Assembly: GCA_965277805.1 (NCBI GenBank)
Contig: OZ255842.1
Coordinates: forward strand, 4,640,001-4,704,000
Origin: Candidatus Lustribacter sp.
Lineage (GTDB): Bacteria > Vulcanimicrobiota > Vulcanimicrobiia > Vulcanimicrobiales > Vulcanimicrobiaceae
DNA: 64,000 nt
Direction of reading: 5' to 3'
This document shows, piece after piece, positions 7,839 to 18,311 of this stretch; position 1 is the stretch's first letter, and the number at the start of each line of letters is the position of its first letter. The translations under genes were made by a program, and so were the position numbers. Under the pieces are notes generated by a model. That model was not told the origin of the DNA, did no database searches, and saw only the letters and a list, made by a program, of their open reading frames with translations.

Positions 7839-7876
7839 TGGCTATCACCGCAGGCGGACGCCCCTGACCGTACGAT
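7834..7876 (+). promoter_or_regulatory. CRP-type box with class II promoter geometry for bchFCXYZ
   Basis: GGTGATGGCTATCACC at 7834-7849, a 21-nt gap, then TACGAT at 7871-7876 (box centre about -41.5). Confidence 0.75.
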
Positions 7877-7898
7877 AGCTGCGGAGGGCACCCCCCGA

Positions 7899-8381
7899 TT
7901 GCTATCTTTCACGTCGGTCCAAGAGCGGCGAGACGCAAGCAAATGGACGCGGATTCATCCGATTTTCGCCATTGGCCAGTTGGGCGTGTTCCTGGTCAGC
8001 GTCGTCCTGCTCGCGCTCTATGCCGCGCACCTGGTCCCGTTTGCCGCCGTCTACTTGAGTGTACTGCTCAAGATTGTCTTGATGGCCGGCGCGGTCGTAA
8101 CCGGCTCGCTCTGGGAGCACGACGTCTTCGGCGAGTGGTGGTTTGCCGAAGAGTTCTTCGTCGAGGACGTCATGACGTTGAACGTGTTTCTGCTGCACAT
8201 TGCGGTCGTCGTGATGTACTTCACCATGCCGCACCAGCTCGGCGCCGTCGCGGGACTCTTGGTCTTCGCATACGTGATCTACGCGATCAACGTCGCACAG
8301 TACATCACGCAGCACGCGAGCGCGCGCGCTCCGGCCGTCGCATCCGGTGAAGCCGTGAAGAAGACGGACGTCGCCGCGTGA
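7899..8381 (+). CDS. bchF: 2-vinyl bacteriochlorophyllide hydratase
   Basis: RRDASKWT, VTGSLWEHDVFG.W.FAEEFF.ED and YAINVAQY; TTG start. Confidence 0.93.
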   Translation: MLSFTSVQERRDASKWTRIHPIFAIGQLGVFLVSVVLLALYAAHLVPFAAVYLSVLLKIVLMAGAVVTGSLWEHDVFGEWWFAEEFFVEDVMTLNVFLLHIAVVVMYFTMPHQLGAVAGLLVFAYVIYAINVAQYITQHASARAPAVASGEAVKKTDVAA

Positions 8382-9328
8382 ACGCACGTGCCGTGGTCTT
8401 CGAAGAAGCCGGACGCGTCGATCTGCGTTCGGTCGAACTGCGTGCCGCTCAGCCCGACGAGATCGTCGTCGACACATCGTTTTCTTCAATTTCGAGTGGC
8501 ACGGAGCGGCTGCTGTTTGCGGGCAAGCTGCCGGGTATGCCGCAGATCCGATATCCGCTGGTTCCGGGGTACGAAGCCGCCGGAACGGTCACCGGCGTGG
8601 GTGAAGACGTGCGCGGTTTCGCGCTCGGCGACGCCGTGTTCGTCGGTGGCAGCATGTGTTATGCAGACGTCGCGGCAGCGTTCGGGGGGCAGTCGTCGCG
8701 CACGATCAAACGCGCGACGCAGGCCGTCCCGCTCAACGGCATCGAGCCCGCCCAGGCGCCGCTGCTCGCGCTGGCGGCGACGGCTTTGCACGGCGTACGG
8801 CGACTGGGCGATGTCGGCGGGTTGCGCGTTGCGGTGCTCGGGATGGGCGCGGTCGGACAGCTGGCCGCGAGCTTTCTTACGGCCGCCGGTGCCGAGGTCG
8901 TCGCGGTCGACCGTTCGGCCGAGCGTCTCGCGACCGCGAGCGCAGCCGAGAAGATCGACGTCAGCGGCGCGACGTTGGAAGAACAGCTTTCGGCGCCGGT
9001 GCAGCATGCAATCGAGGCCACCGGAATCTCGAGCGAGATCGCGCGTTGCGCGCGCGCGATGCAACTCGGGGGCAAGATCGTACTGCTCTCTTACTACGAC
9101 GAGGTCATGACGCCGTTCGTCGACTTGTTCGTCAAAGAGGCGACGCTGCTGGTGAGCCGCGAGTGGGCCTTTGACGATTTGCTCGCTGCGCGCGACGCAG
9201 TGGCCGGCGGAGCCGTCAAACTCGGGGCGCTCGCCAGCCACGTCATCCCGATCGAACGCTATAAGTCGGCCTACGAGACCGCGTTCAACGACCCGTCGAT
9301 CCTCAAGGTGGTGCTCCAATGGGCGTAA
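8378..9328 (+). CDS. bchC: 3-hydroxyethyl bacteriochlorophyllide dehydrogenase
   Basis: MDR fold with SISSGTE, YPLVPGYE, AFGG and LALAATALHG; located between bchF and bchX. Confidence 0.93.
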   Translation: MNARAVVFEEAGRVDLRSVELRAAQPDEIVVDTSFSSISSGTERLLFAGKLPGMPQIRYPLVPGYEAAGTVTGVGEDVRGFALGDAVFVGGSMCYADVAAAFGGQSSRTIKRATQAVPLNGIEPAQAPLLALAATALHGVRRLGDVGGLRVAVLGMGAVGQLAASFLTAAGAEVVAVDRSAERLATASAAEKIDVSGATLEEQLSAPVQHAIEATGISSEIARCARAMQLGGKIVLLSYYDEVMTPFVDLFVKEATLLVSREWAFDDLLAARDAVAGGAVKLGALASHVIPIERYKSAYETAFNDPSILKVVLQWA

Positions 9329-10323
9329 GCAAAAACCTCACGGTCGCGATCTACGGCAAGGGCGGTGCGGGGAAGTCGTTTCTCACCAGCATGATCGCCA
9401 AAGCGCTGACCGCGCGCCGGAAGCGCGTGCTGCAAATGGGTTGCGACCCAAAACACGACAGCGTCGTGACGCATTTCGGCGGCGCGTTAATTCCTACGGT
9501 GCTCGGAACGTGGGCGAAGTTCGACGCCGAGGGCCGCGCCGACGATCTCGCGCCGGAAGACGTTATGTTCAAAGGCGACGGCGTCTATTGCATGGAGCTG
9601 GGAGGACCGGAATCGGCTCGCGGCTGCGGGGGCCGGGGCATCACGTTCGGATTCCAGATGCTGGAAAAGTGGGGCCTCTCGGAGTGGAATTTCCACTACA
9701 TGCTGCTCGATTTTCTGGGCGACGTCGTTTGCGGCGGCTTTGGTACGCCGATCGCGCGCTCGATGGCCGACAAACTGATCATCGTTTGCAGCAATGAAGC
9801 CCAGTCGATGTACGCGGCCAACAACATCGCCTCCGCCGCGCGCTATTTCGCCAATAACGGCGGCCGCACGAAATGTCTGGGCCTCTTCGTCAACAAGGAC
9901 GATGGCTCGGGCAAAGCCGATCGCATGGCGGACGCGCTCGGCATTCCGGTGCTCGCGAAGCTGCCGCTGCTGCCGCAGGACGAGGTCCTGGTCGACGGCG
10001 TCCCGCACCCGTTGATCGCGGCCGCGGTGGAGCGCGTGATCGCGGCGATCGATACCGTGGATGCGGTCGTTCCCGATGCGGTCGACTTCGTCGAGTTCAT
10101 GATGTCGCTGCACGGCAACGCCTCGAAGATGGATGGAACGGCAGTGACCTCCGATGAGCTGTGGACGCTCGGCGACAACGACGATCTGCTCGCCGGTGTT
10201 CCCAACGGCGGCCGGCCCGATCACCGGTATCTCGAGAGCGAAGACGACGCGGACCGTGCGTTCGGCCCGACGATCATCTCGGTCGGCGGCGGCGCAGTTC
10301 CCGCCGGCGCCTGGGAGCGCTAG
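9319..10323 (+). CDS. bchX: Chlorophyllide a reductase iron protein
   Basis: YGKGGAGKSF, GCDPKHD, GCGGRG and [11 protein letters not shown]. Confidence 0.95.
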   Translation: MGVSKNLTVAIYGKGGAGKSFLTSMIAKALTARRKRVLQMGCDPKHDSVVTHFGGALIPTVLGTWAKFDAEGRADDLAPEDVMFKGDGVYCMELGGPESARGCGGRGITFGFQMLEKWGLSEWNFHYMLLDFLGDVVCGGFGTPIARSMADKLIIVCSNEAQSMYAANNIASAARYFANNGGRTKCLGLFVNKDDGSGKADRMADALGIPVLAKLPLLPQDEVLVDGVPHPLIAAAVERVIAAIDTVDAVVPDAVDFVEFMMSLHGNASKMDGTAVTSDELWTLGDNDDLLAGVPNGGRPDHRYLESEDDADRAFGPTIISVGGGAVPAGAWER

Positions 10324-10332
10324 GGCAAGTAC

Positions 10333-11637
10333 ATGAGTAAACAGCCGTCGTCGATGTGTCCGGCGTTCGGTGCCGTGCGCAATCTGCTGCGCATGGAAGA
10401 TGCCATGCCGATCGTCATTTCGTCCGGTGACGGCTGCCTCTACGGCCACACGTTCGTCGCGCACTTCTACGTGGCCAACCGGCCGATCTATTCGCCCGGC
10501 GTCTCCTCGGAGATCTGGGCCAAGGGCAGCGCGTTCGACGAACTGCGCGCGATGGTCGTGCGGATGGCAGAAGAGCACCAGCCGGCGCTCATCCCGATCT
10601 GTTCGCTGTGCGTCTCGGACACCGTCGGCTTGCCGTTCGATCTGCTGCCCAAGCAGATCGGCAACACCGAAGTGGTCTACGTTCCGTTACCGGCGTACAG
10701 CGTGCACACGCACGCGCGGGCGAAAGACATCGTCGTCGATTCGCTGGTGTGGCGTCTGCCGCCGCAGCGGAAGGCGCGAGCCGGCGTCAACTTGATCGGC
10801 GAGATTTTTCCGTCGGATCCGATCAAGATCGACGAAGTCTTGCGCGCGATCGGGACGCACGTCAACACGCACGTGCCGGGCCCGCGCTGGGCAGATTACG
10901 TTGCAATGGTCGACGGCGCGCTTAACGCCCCGCTGCATCCGTTTTATAGCGAGAGCGTGAAGCGGATGAAGATGAAGCAGGGCTTGCCGTTCGTGGAGGG
11001 TGCGCCGGTCGGCATCGACGGCACCTATCGCTGGATCACGTCGGTCGGCACGGCGCTCGGGCTCGACCGGGCGACCGTCGAACGTGTCGCGAGCGACGAG
11101 CGCGAGCGCGTGCGGCTGGCGATTGCCGATTATCCGCTCAACGGATTGACCTTCATCGTGGCCGGCTACGAAGGGCACGAGTTTTTACTGGTGCGGCTCC
11201 TGATCGAAGCCGGCGCGAACGTCCCCTATCTCTCGACCGCAGTGAACGCGAACCCGCTGGCGCGCGAAGAAGCGGCCTGGCTCGAGGCGCACGGCTGCAG
11301 AGTGCTCTACGGCGCGAACTTCGAAGACGAGATCCGGGCGCTGACGGATCGCCCCTACGACTGCGTGATCGGCACGACGCCGCTCTGCGCCCACGCCAAA
11401 GAACTGGGCATTCCCTCGATCTACTATACGAACGCCATCGCGACGCGGTCGCTGATGCTCGCCTCGGGGGCGGCCGAGGTGCTGGGTCTGGTCGCGCAAA
11501 CCGTGCGCGCCAAGCCGCGCTACGACCGCATCGCGCGCTTCTTCGCCGCTGACGGCGCGAAGCTCGAGCGCTCGTACACGTCGTGGGCGCCGAAGATCGA
11601 TATCACGGCGCAGCTGATCGCCAACCGCGCGCTCTGA
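10333..11637 (+). CDS. bchY: Chlorophyllide a reductase subunit Y
   Basis: SMCPAFG, CLYG, SLCV, GEIFPSDP and GYEGHE. Confidence 0.95.
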   Translation: MSKQPSSMCPAFGAVRNLLRMEDAMPIVISSGDGCLYGHTFVAHFYVANRPIYSPGVSSEIWAKGSAFDELRAMVVRMAEEHQPALIPICSLCVSDTVGLPFDLLPKQIGNTEVVYVPLPAYSVHTHARAKDIVVDSLVWRLPPQRKARAGVNLIGEIFPSDPIKIDEVLRAIGTHVNTHVPGPRWADYVAMVDGALNAPLHPFYSESVKRMKMKQGLPFVEGAPVGIDGTYRWITSVGTALGLDRATVERVASDERERVRLAIADYPLNGLTFIVAGYEGHEFLLVRLLIEAGANVPYLSTAVNANPLAREEAAWLEAHGCRVLYGANFEDEIRALTDRPYDCVIGTTPLCAHAKELGIPSIYYTNAIATRSLMLASGAAEVLGLVAQTVRAKPRYDRIARFFAADGAKLERSYTSWAPKIDITAQLIANRAL

Positions 11638-13223
11638 TGGCTCAGATTCGCGAGAACATCGCCGAGAGCGAGCTGGTATCGGACGTCGTCAATACGCCGA
11701 TTCGCAAGCAGGTCACCGATCTCGATCATGCGGGCGGCGACACGGGCGCGATGCAGGTCTTTGCATCGCTGCGCGACGCGAACGTCGTGCTCGACGGGCC
11801 GGTGGGCTGTCATGTGATGCCGGCGGTGGCCGTCATCAACTACACCGATTCGGTTCCCTACTTGCAGAACGTCACGTGTTCGGAGCTCTCCGAGACCGAG
11901 GTAACGCTGGCCGGCACGCTCGGTGCCCTCAAGGCGAAGGTCGCGCAAGCGGAGGCCGACGGTCGCCAAGTGTTCATCGTCTCGACGCCGGTCTCCGAGT
12001 TGATCGGCGCGGCATGGACGACCGAACGCGCGCACGAGCCGCGCTCCGCGCTCTTCTTCGATTCGCATTCGCTCGACGACGACGAGTGGAAGTCGCGCGA
12101 TCGTGCGCTGCTCTTTCTCTGGCAGAATCGCGCACACTTCGCCGCCCCCGAGGGCACTCAGGCGGTGCCCGTTCCGGCGCGGCCGTCGGTGAACATCATC
12201 GGGCCGACGTACGGCAACTTCAACTCTTATAGCGATCTGGCGGAGATCAAGCGGCTCGTCGAGGGCATCGGCGCCGCCGTCAATCTGGTCTACCCGTTCG
12301 AAGCGAACTCGTACGACACGGCGCGTTTGGCGGACGCCGGTGCGACGATCGTGATGTATGCGGAGTACGGGCGCTCGCTGGCTCGCGAACTCGGTCTGCC
12401 GGCGTTCGCGGCCCCGATCGGTCTCGAACCGACGACGGAGTTTCTACGGGGACTCGGCGCCGCGCTCGGCTTGGAAGCGCAAGCCGAGGCGTTCATCCGG
12501 CTCGAAAAAAAGACCACCTTGAATGCATGGCACGACATCTGGCGCTCGACGCACAGCGACTTCTTCGCTAACGCACCGATCGCGGTGGTCGCGCCACCGA
12601 CCTACAAGGATGGACTGACGTATTACCTGGGCGAGGAGCTGGGGCTGCCGATCGCGTTTTCCGCCTACCGTACGGGGCCGGAAAGCGCGCCGAGCGAGGA
12701 CGTCCGGCACGCGCTGCGGGATCTCAGCCCCTCGCCGATGATCGTGTTCGGCTCGATCAACGAGCGCATGATCGTGGCGCAAGAGAAACTGCCGTCGCTG
12801 TTCTTGCAGTGTTCGTTCCCGGGCGCCGTCGTGCGCCGCGCGACCGGTACGCCCTTCGTCGGCTACGCGGGCGCCGTGTGGCTCTTGCAGTGCGTGTGCG
12901 AGGCGCTTTTCGACGTGCTCTTCGCGAACTTGCCCACGTCCGCGGCGCCGCCCGAGAAGGCCCTCGTCCCCACGCGTGAACTGATGCGCGACGCCGGCGA
13001 AGCCGTCGCCGCGTTGGGTAAGGGGCAGAACAGCGTGATCGCGTGGACCGCCGATGCGAAAGCGCTGGCTGAAGTCACGCTCAAGCGCGTGCCGTTCTTC
13101 GTCCGCGTGTCGGTGAACAAAAAACTCCGCTCCGAAGCGGAGAAGCTCGCGCGCGAACGTACCGGTACCGTCGACGCCGAGATCATCCGCGAGCTCACTG
13201 CCCGCTACGCTCCCGGCCGCTAA
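11637..13223 (+). CDS. bchZ: Chlorophyllide a reductase subunit Z
   Basis: DGPVGC, VNIIGPTYG.FN..SDLAEIKRLVEGIGA and GTPFVGYAGA; C-terminal PCP_red-type domain. Confidence 0.95.
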   Translation: MAQIRENIAESELVSDVVNTPIRKQVTDLDHAGGDTGAMQVFASLRDANVVLDGPVGCHVMPAVAVINYTDSVPYLQNVTCSELSETEVTLAGTLGALKAKVAQAEADGRQVFIVSTPVSELIGAAWTTERAHEPRSALFFDSHSLDDDEWKSRDRALLFLWQNRAHFAAPEGTQAVPVPARPSVNIIGPTYGNFNSYSDLAEIKRLVEGIGAAVNLVYPFEANSYDTARLADAGATIVMYAEYGRSLARELGLPAFAAPIGLEPTTEFLRGLGAALGLEAQAEAFIRLEKKTTLNAWHDIWRSTHSDFFANAPIAVVAPPTYKDGLTYYLGEELGLPIAFSAYRTGPESAPSEDVRHALRDLSPSPMIVFGSINERMIVAQEKLPSLFLQCSFPGAVVRRATGTPFVGYAGAVWLLQCVCEALFDVLFANLPTSAAPPEKALVPTRELMRDAGEAVAALGKGQNSVIAWTADAKALAEVTLKRVPFFVRVSVNKKLRSEAEKLARERTGTVDAEIIRELTARYAPGR

Positions 13224-13229
13224 GGAAGA

Positions 13230-14540
13230 CTACTGGCTGTCCCTCGACAAGCTCGGGATGACAGTAGCGGGCACGCCGGCAGCGATAGCGCGCCGGGTAG
13301 CGATAACGGCTTCTTTGGCGGTGATGGAGGGGGGCGCCGTGTTGAGCGGCGCGCGCGGGGCGAGCCACCAGTTGGTGACGGCGCCGATCGCACCTTCGAA
13401 CATCAGGTTGAGGTGGTCGAGCGGCCGGACCGTTGCGAGATCCTTGAAGAGATAGCTGTCGAACGTCAGCTTCTGCACCGTATCGACGCGGCACATGTCG
13501 GTGAACCACTCGCGTTTGAAGTGCCCGGTGTACGAGATGCCTTCGAGAAACTCGAGGAAGTCGAACATCGCCCCGTATTTCTTCTGCCAGTTCTTCTCGT
13601 AGGTTTCGAGTTTGCCGGCGTAGCCGAAGAAGCCGGTGAGCGCGGTCGCGGCCATGCGGCCCGCGGCCATCGAGAAGTAGATGCCCTCGCCGGACGTGTG
13701 CGCGACCATGCCGGCGGCGTCCCCGACGAGCAGCGTGCGGCCGAAGACGAGCTTCTTGTTGCGCTTCATCGGCAGCGGGTGGCCTTCGAGCAGAATGCGC
13801 TTCGCGCCGCGCAGCTTCGCGCCGGCACGGGCTTTGACGCCTTCCAAGAACGCGTACGAGGCGTTTGCGTGTTCGGGACGGCAACCCGTGCCGACCGCCA
13901 CGTGATCGCTTTTCGGAAACACCCAGCCGTAGAAATCGGGCGAAATGTCATCGCCGAGGTAGAGCTCGGCCCGGTTTTCGTAGTACGCCATCGCGTCGGG
14001 CGGCAGTTCGAGACGCTCCTGGATCGCCGAAGCGTAGCGCACCGCGGGGCGGCCGACCGATTTGGCAACCGCGGAGCCGGCACCGTCGGCGCCGACGACG
14101 GCGTCACAATTGAGATATTCCTCGCGTTCGTCGCGGTATCGCACCCGGACGCGCAGCGTGCCGTCGGGCTGCGCCTCTTGCGAGACGAAGGCGGCCTCGC
14201 GGAGTTCGGCACCGGCCTGCTGCGCCTTCTCGCGCAGCGTGCGGTCGAGCACCTCGCGCGTGAGCATGATGATGTAGTCATCATCGCGCGCAACCGTGCC
14301 GCGTACGTCCATCTCGACCGTCGCGCCGCTCGGCGCGATGACCGTGGCGTGCGTGACCTTACGCTCGATGATCGAACGCGGGATGCCGAACTCGCTCATC
14401 GCCTTGGGCGGGATCGCGCCGCCGCAGGGTTTCTTGCGCTTGAGATCGCGCTCGAGCAGGATGACGTCCGCGCCCGTTGCGGCCAAGTCTCCCGCCGCGA
14501 CGCTTCCGCCGCAATTCGCTCCGACGACCACGACCTTCAT
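13230..14540 (-). CDS. bchP: Geranylgeranyl reductase
   Basis: KPCGGAIP, ISPDFYGWVFPK.DHVAVGTG and GDAAG...SGEGIYF. Confidence 0.95.
   Translation of the reverse strand: MKVVVVGANCGGSVAAGDLAATGADVILLERDLKRKKPCGGAIPPKAMSEFGIPRSIIERKVTHATVIAPSGATVEMDVRGTVARDDDYIIMLTREVLDRTLREKAQQAGAELREAAFVSQEAQPDGTLRVRVRYRDEREEYLNCDAVVGADGAGSAVAKSVGRPAVRYASAIQERLELPPDAMAYYENRAELYLGDDISPDFYGWVFPKSDHVAVGTGCRPEHANASYAFLEGVKARAGAKLRGAKRILLEGHPLPMKRNKKLVFGRTLLVGDAAGMVAHTSGEGIYFSMAAGRMAATALTGFFGYAGKLETYEKNWQKKYGAMFDFLEFLEGISYTGHFKREWFTDMCRVDTVQKLTFDSYLFKDLATVRPLDHLNLMFEGAIGAVTNWWLAPRAPLNTAPPSITAKEAVIATRRAIAAGVPATVIPSLSRDSQ
13239..13265. repeat. REP-like repeat, copy 1
   Basis: GTCCCTCGACAAGCTCGGGATGACAGT, identical to 39141-39167. 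Confidence 0.85.
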
Positions 14541-15518
14541 CTAGAAGCCTCCGAATCGCAATGCCAGCGCGCCGGCCAGCATCGACCAGCAAAAGAGCGG
14601 GATCGCGCTCGCGCAATACCACGGCGCGAGGCGCTTTGGATCGGTCGAGAGTTTGCCTTGCATCGGCAACTGCGCGATCAGCAGCACGTTCATCACGAGC
14701 GCCTCGATCCAGCCTTTGTTCGCGAGTACATATGCCAGCGCGATGGCCTGGAACAGGTTGATAAACGTGACCGCTTGCAGCAGCGCGCGCTTCTCGCCGA
14801 GCATCACCGGAATCGAACGCAGACCGAGCTGCCGGTCACCTTCCACGCTTTTGAAGTCGTTGAGCGTCATCAGGCCATGCGCGCCGAATGAGAAGAGCAC
14901 GGCGAGGACGATCGTGCCGAACGTGATCGCGCCGAACGCCGCCGAGCCGGCTAACCATGCGAAGCCTTCGTATGAGAGCGCGCAGGCCGTATTGGCCAGC
15001 CAGCCGTTGCGCGCTTTGAGGCGCACCGGCGGCGTGCTGTACGCGAGTGCCAAAAGCATACCCGCTAGCGCCAGATAGCCGACCGTCCGCCCGAGCCCGA
15101 ATGCGAACGCGAGCGCGAGCGCGCCGAGCCCGAGCGCCACGAGGACGATCGTGCGCGTGCTCAGGATGTTGGCGGCGGTCGGGCGATTGGGTTCGTTGAT
15201 GCGGTCGACGTCGCGGTCGAAGTAGTCGTTCACGACTTGCGAAAACGCGCACAGCAACGGTCCGGCCATGAACATCGCGATGATGATGCGTGCGACGGTC
15301 GGGATGTCCCAGTGGCTGCCGGATGAGCCGACGGCGCCCACCATGATCGCCCACATCGGCGCAAACCACGTACCGGGTTTGGCAAAGCTTCCGAGCGAGG
15401 CGTTGATCTTCGCTGCGCCGCGCTCTTTGTCGGTGAACGGCAAGAGCATCGCGCCGAATTCGCGCACGGTGCTGACGGTCGATTGGGCCGACTCGGCCAG
15501 CACGTCGCGCTTAGCCAC
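14541..15518 (-). CDS. bchG: Bacteriochlorophyll synthase
   Basis: KPGTWFAPMWA, SQVVNDYFDRDVDRINEPNRP and NDFKSVEGD. Start uncertain (GTG at 15518). Confidence 0.93.
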   Translation of the reverse strand: MAKRDVLAESAQSTVSTVREFGAMLLPFTDKERGAAKINASLGSFAKPGTWFAPMWAIMVGAVGSSGSHWDIPTVARIIIAMFMAGPLLCAFSQVVNDYFDRDVDRINEPNRPTAANILSTRTIVLVALGLGALALAFAFGLGRTVGYLALAGMLLALAYSTPPVRLKARNGWLANTACALSYEGFAWLAGSAAFGAITFGTIVLAVLFSFGAHGLMTLNDFKSVEGDRQLGLRSIPVMLGEKRALLQAVTFINLFQAIALAYVLANKGWIEALVMNVLLIAQLPMQGKLSTDPKRLAPWYCASAIPLFCWSMLAGALALRFGGF

Positions 15519-17019
15519 CGACGTGTTCGCGTGCCGCCAGGACGGCCGACTCGTCGATGCGCGCGATCCCATGCTCGCGTGCGTACAGCTCGATATTCGA
15601 GCGCGCTTTCTTGCGCACGAAGAACGGAATGCGCCCGATGAGCTTCAGTGCGCCATCGTCCCAGATCAGCTCGCCGCTCGTCGGCGCGCTCCGCTCTTCG
15701 AGCCCTTCTGGAGCCGCTTCGGCGAAGCGGCCTTGCCCGCGCGGTCCAAACGTCTCGATCAGATGATGCTCGAGGCCCAGGACCTGCGTCTGGTTGACGA
15801 GGTCGCCGATGTGGTTGGCGCCGTCATAGCCCAAGAACGGCGCATAACCGAGCGGGAAGTTCAGCACGTGCGCGGGCGGCGAGATGACGGCGCACGGCAC
15901 GCCGAAACGGCTGGCGGAGTGCCGCTCCATCTGCGTTCCGAACACGATGTCGGGCCGGGTCAAGTCGATCAGGGCGGCGATCTGGCGGTAATTATCGGTG
16001 ACGACGATGTCTTTGGCGATGGTTCCGATCCGCTCGCGTAAGGCGCGCTCGTGCGGCAGCACGTACGTGCCGGCCCACTCGACGTCCATGTCGAGCTCGT
16101 CATGCAGTACCCGCGCGATACCGGCCGCGGCGGACGGGGTACCGAACACGCCGACCCGTTTCCCCGAGAGCGCGTGGGCGTCGACCGTGCGCGCGTACCA
16201 TGCGAGCTTCGCCCCGCGCGCGGCATGTGTCACGCGAGCGCGGGGAATCTCGAGCATCAGCGCGATCTCGGCAAGCAGCCGTGTCGTGCCGGCTTCGCCG
16301 TAGGGCGCCTCCGTCACGTACGGCATTCCGAAGCGGTCGCGCAAGAATTCCATCGTGGGCAAGGCGAGTTCGGGCGCCGTCGGCACGTTGAGCCACGCAC
16401 GCGTGATCGAGCGCAGGTCGTCGGGAGTCGCCCCGAGCGGCAGAACGGCGTTGACGCTCACGCCGAGGTCGGCGAACATGCGCCGCAGTGATTCGATGTT
16501 GGCGTGGTCGTGGAAGCCGAGCAGCGATGGGCCGATCAGGTTGATCGACGGGCGGGGCGTGCGGTCGTGGCCGTCTTGCGCGAAGTGTTCCACGATCTGC
16601 GCGACGGTCTTCGCAAACGCACTATACTCGGTGTCGCGCACGGGGTGCGTAGCGGCTTGCAGAATTTCTGCTCGCACCGAGCCGCGCGGGATCATCGCGA
16701 TCTCGCCATCGAGCGGTTCTTGGAGCACCGCGGCGGTCGCGCTGCGCGTGACGACGATCAGCTCCGGCGCGACGCGCTGGTCGACCTCGAGGACCGCGCG
16801 CCCGATATCGGCCGGTGCGCCGGCCAGCGTGGCTTCGGATACGGCCGAGATCGTGAGCGGCGGCATGACGCCGAGCCGTTCGAACATCGCCAGCATGATC
16901 GTGCCGTAGCCGTCGCCCTTCGGCGCGCGCAGGATCGTGTGCACGCCGCTAAACGACGACGCTGCCTTGCTGACGCCGACGTGCGCGGGTGCCTCGTACG
17001 ACCAAACCGCGAGCTTCAC
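15511..17019 (-). CDS. bchB: Dark-operative protochlorophyllide reductase subunit B
   Basis: MKLAVWSYEAPAHVG, AP.GD.Y, GTQMERH and PCAVISPP. Confidence 0.95.
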   Translation of the reverse strand: MKLAVWSYEAPAHVGVSKAASSFSGVHTILRAPKGDGYGTIMLAMFERLGVMPPLTISAVSEATLAGAPADIGRAVLEVDQRVAPELIVVTRSATAAVLQEPLDGEIAMIPRGSVRAEILQAATHPVRDTEYSAFAKTVAQIVEHFAQDGHDRTPRPSINLIGPSLLGFHDHANIESLRRMFADLGVSVNAVLPLGATPDDLRSITRAWLNVPTAPELALPTMEFLRDRFGMPYVTEAPYGEAGTTRLLAEIALMLEIPRARVTHAARGAKLAWYARTVDAHALSGKRVGVFGTPSAAAGIARVLHDELDMDVEWAGTYVLPHERALRERIGTIAKDIVVTDNYRQIAALIDLTRPDIVFGTQMERHSASRFGVPCAVISPPAHVLNFPLGYAPFLGYDGANHIGDLVNQTQVLGLEHHLIETFGPRGQGRFAEAAPEGLEERSAPTSGELIWDDGALKLIGRIPFFVRKKARSNIELYAREHGIARIDESAVLAAREHVGG

Positions 17020-18299
17020 GCTTGCGGTACCGACGCCGGAACCGAACGAAAGAAGTTCAGGTCGATCGGATGTTCGGGCGAGCCGGCGATGGCGCGCGTC
17101 TCGGCCAGCGCGTCATGACGGCGGCGAGCCATCGCGAACATCCGGAAGAGCGCCGGCGCGCCGGAAAAACCGCGGATCGGCTGAAACGTGAGCTCCGTCG
17201 ACCACTTCACGTTGAAGCCCATGCCTTCGAGTGCGTTCGCGACGTTGAGGTTGGCGACGACGAGATCGGGACGATGGTGCGAAAGCTGTCTGAAGGCCGC
17301 AAAGCGATCCGGTGCTTCGAGGATCTCGACACCCGCGAGCCGGTTCGACTCGGCGGCGTGAAACTTGCGGTACACCTTGGGCGTGGAGACGAACGGAACG
17401 TTGGCGCCGGCCGCGCGCAACGAGCGCGCCAGCGGCAACTCGAGCAAGGCATCGGAGTAAAACGCGATCGACAAGCCGCGCAGCGGGGCGATCTCGCGCT
17501 CACAGGCCGCCCATGCTTGCGCTTCGCGCGCTTCATAGGAGACCGTGCGCCCGAACGCGGCGGCGAGTCCCTCGTAGAACGCGCGGGCGCCGTCGGGGCC
17601 ATACGGGAATGGGAGCGCCGGTACCGTGCACTTGCGTTCGCGAACCGCGGCTGCGCACGAGCCGTACAGATACGGATGCACCGGCGCCAGAATCGTATTC
17701 TTTCCAATGGGCGGAACGTCGAGCGCGCTCTCGCCCGGCAAGAACCAAGGACTCGGCAACCCCATCGCTTTGCATTCGATGGTGATTTCGGCTTCTTCGA
17801 GCGCGGAGAGACAGCCGAGGATGACGAGGTTCGCTTCATCCGTCTGCGCCGCACGCGCGATCATTGCGGTCAGCACGTGATCTTCGCCCTCGGTGTAAGC
17901 GGCATCGAAGCCGTCCATGCGGGCCGGGTACACGCGCACGCCCGTTTCCTTTTCCAGCGGCGCGGCGCAGCCCGCGACGTTCATCTTGAGAATTTCCGGC
18001 GTACAGGTCGAGCCGAGGAAGATCGCTTTCGGAGCGTGTTCTTCCACCACGGTGCGTACCAGCGGCAGCAGTGCCGTCAGCGCGTCGCGTCCGGCGAGAT
18101 CATCTTCGTCGAGCAGCGCCGTGGCGAAGCGCGGCTGCGCGAAGATCATGACGCCGAGCGCCGTCTGCAAAAAGCCCTGGCACGACCCGGTTCCGACCAC
18201 CAGGAAAAAGCTGTCCTGCATCTTGTGATGCAGCCAGCCGATCGGCGCGAGCGAACAGAAGTCGTCGCGCTCTAAGACGTCCGCGGCCCCTTCGATCAT
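17016..18299 (-). CDS. bchN: Dark-operative protochlorophyllide reductase subunit N
   Basis: FC..IGWL..KMQDSFFLVVG..C...LQ.ALGVMIFAQPRF; three cluster cysteines. Confidence 0.95.
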   Translation of the reverse strand: MIEGAADVLERDDFCSLAPIGWLHHKMQDSFFLVVGTGSCQGFLQTALGVMIFAQPRFATALLDEDDLAGRDALTALLPLVRTVVEEHAPKAIFLGSTCTPEILKMNVAGCAAPLEKETGVRVYPARMDGFDAAYTEGEDHVLTAMIARAAQTDEANLVILGCLSALEEAEITIECKAMGLPSPWFLPGESALDVPPIGKNTILAPVHPYLYGSCAAAVRERKCTVPALPFPYGPDGARAFYEGLAAAFGRTVSYEAREAQAWAACEREIAPLRGLSIAFYSDALLELPLARSLRAAGANVPFVSTPKVYRKFHAAESNRLAGVEILEAPDRFAAFRQLSHHRPDLVVANLNVANALEGMGFNVKWSTELTFQPIRGFSGAPALFRMFAMARRRHDALAETRAIAGSPEHPIDLNFFRSVPASVPQA

Positions 18300-18311
18300 C
18301 GGACGCCGGGG

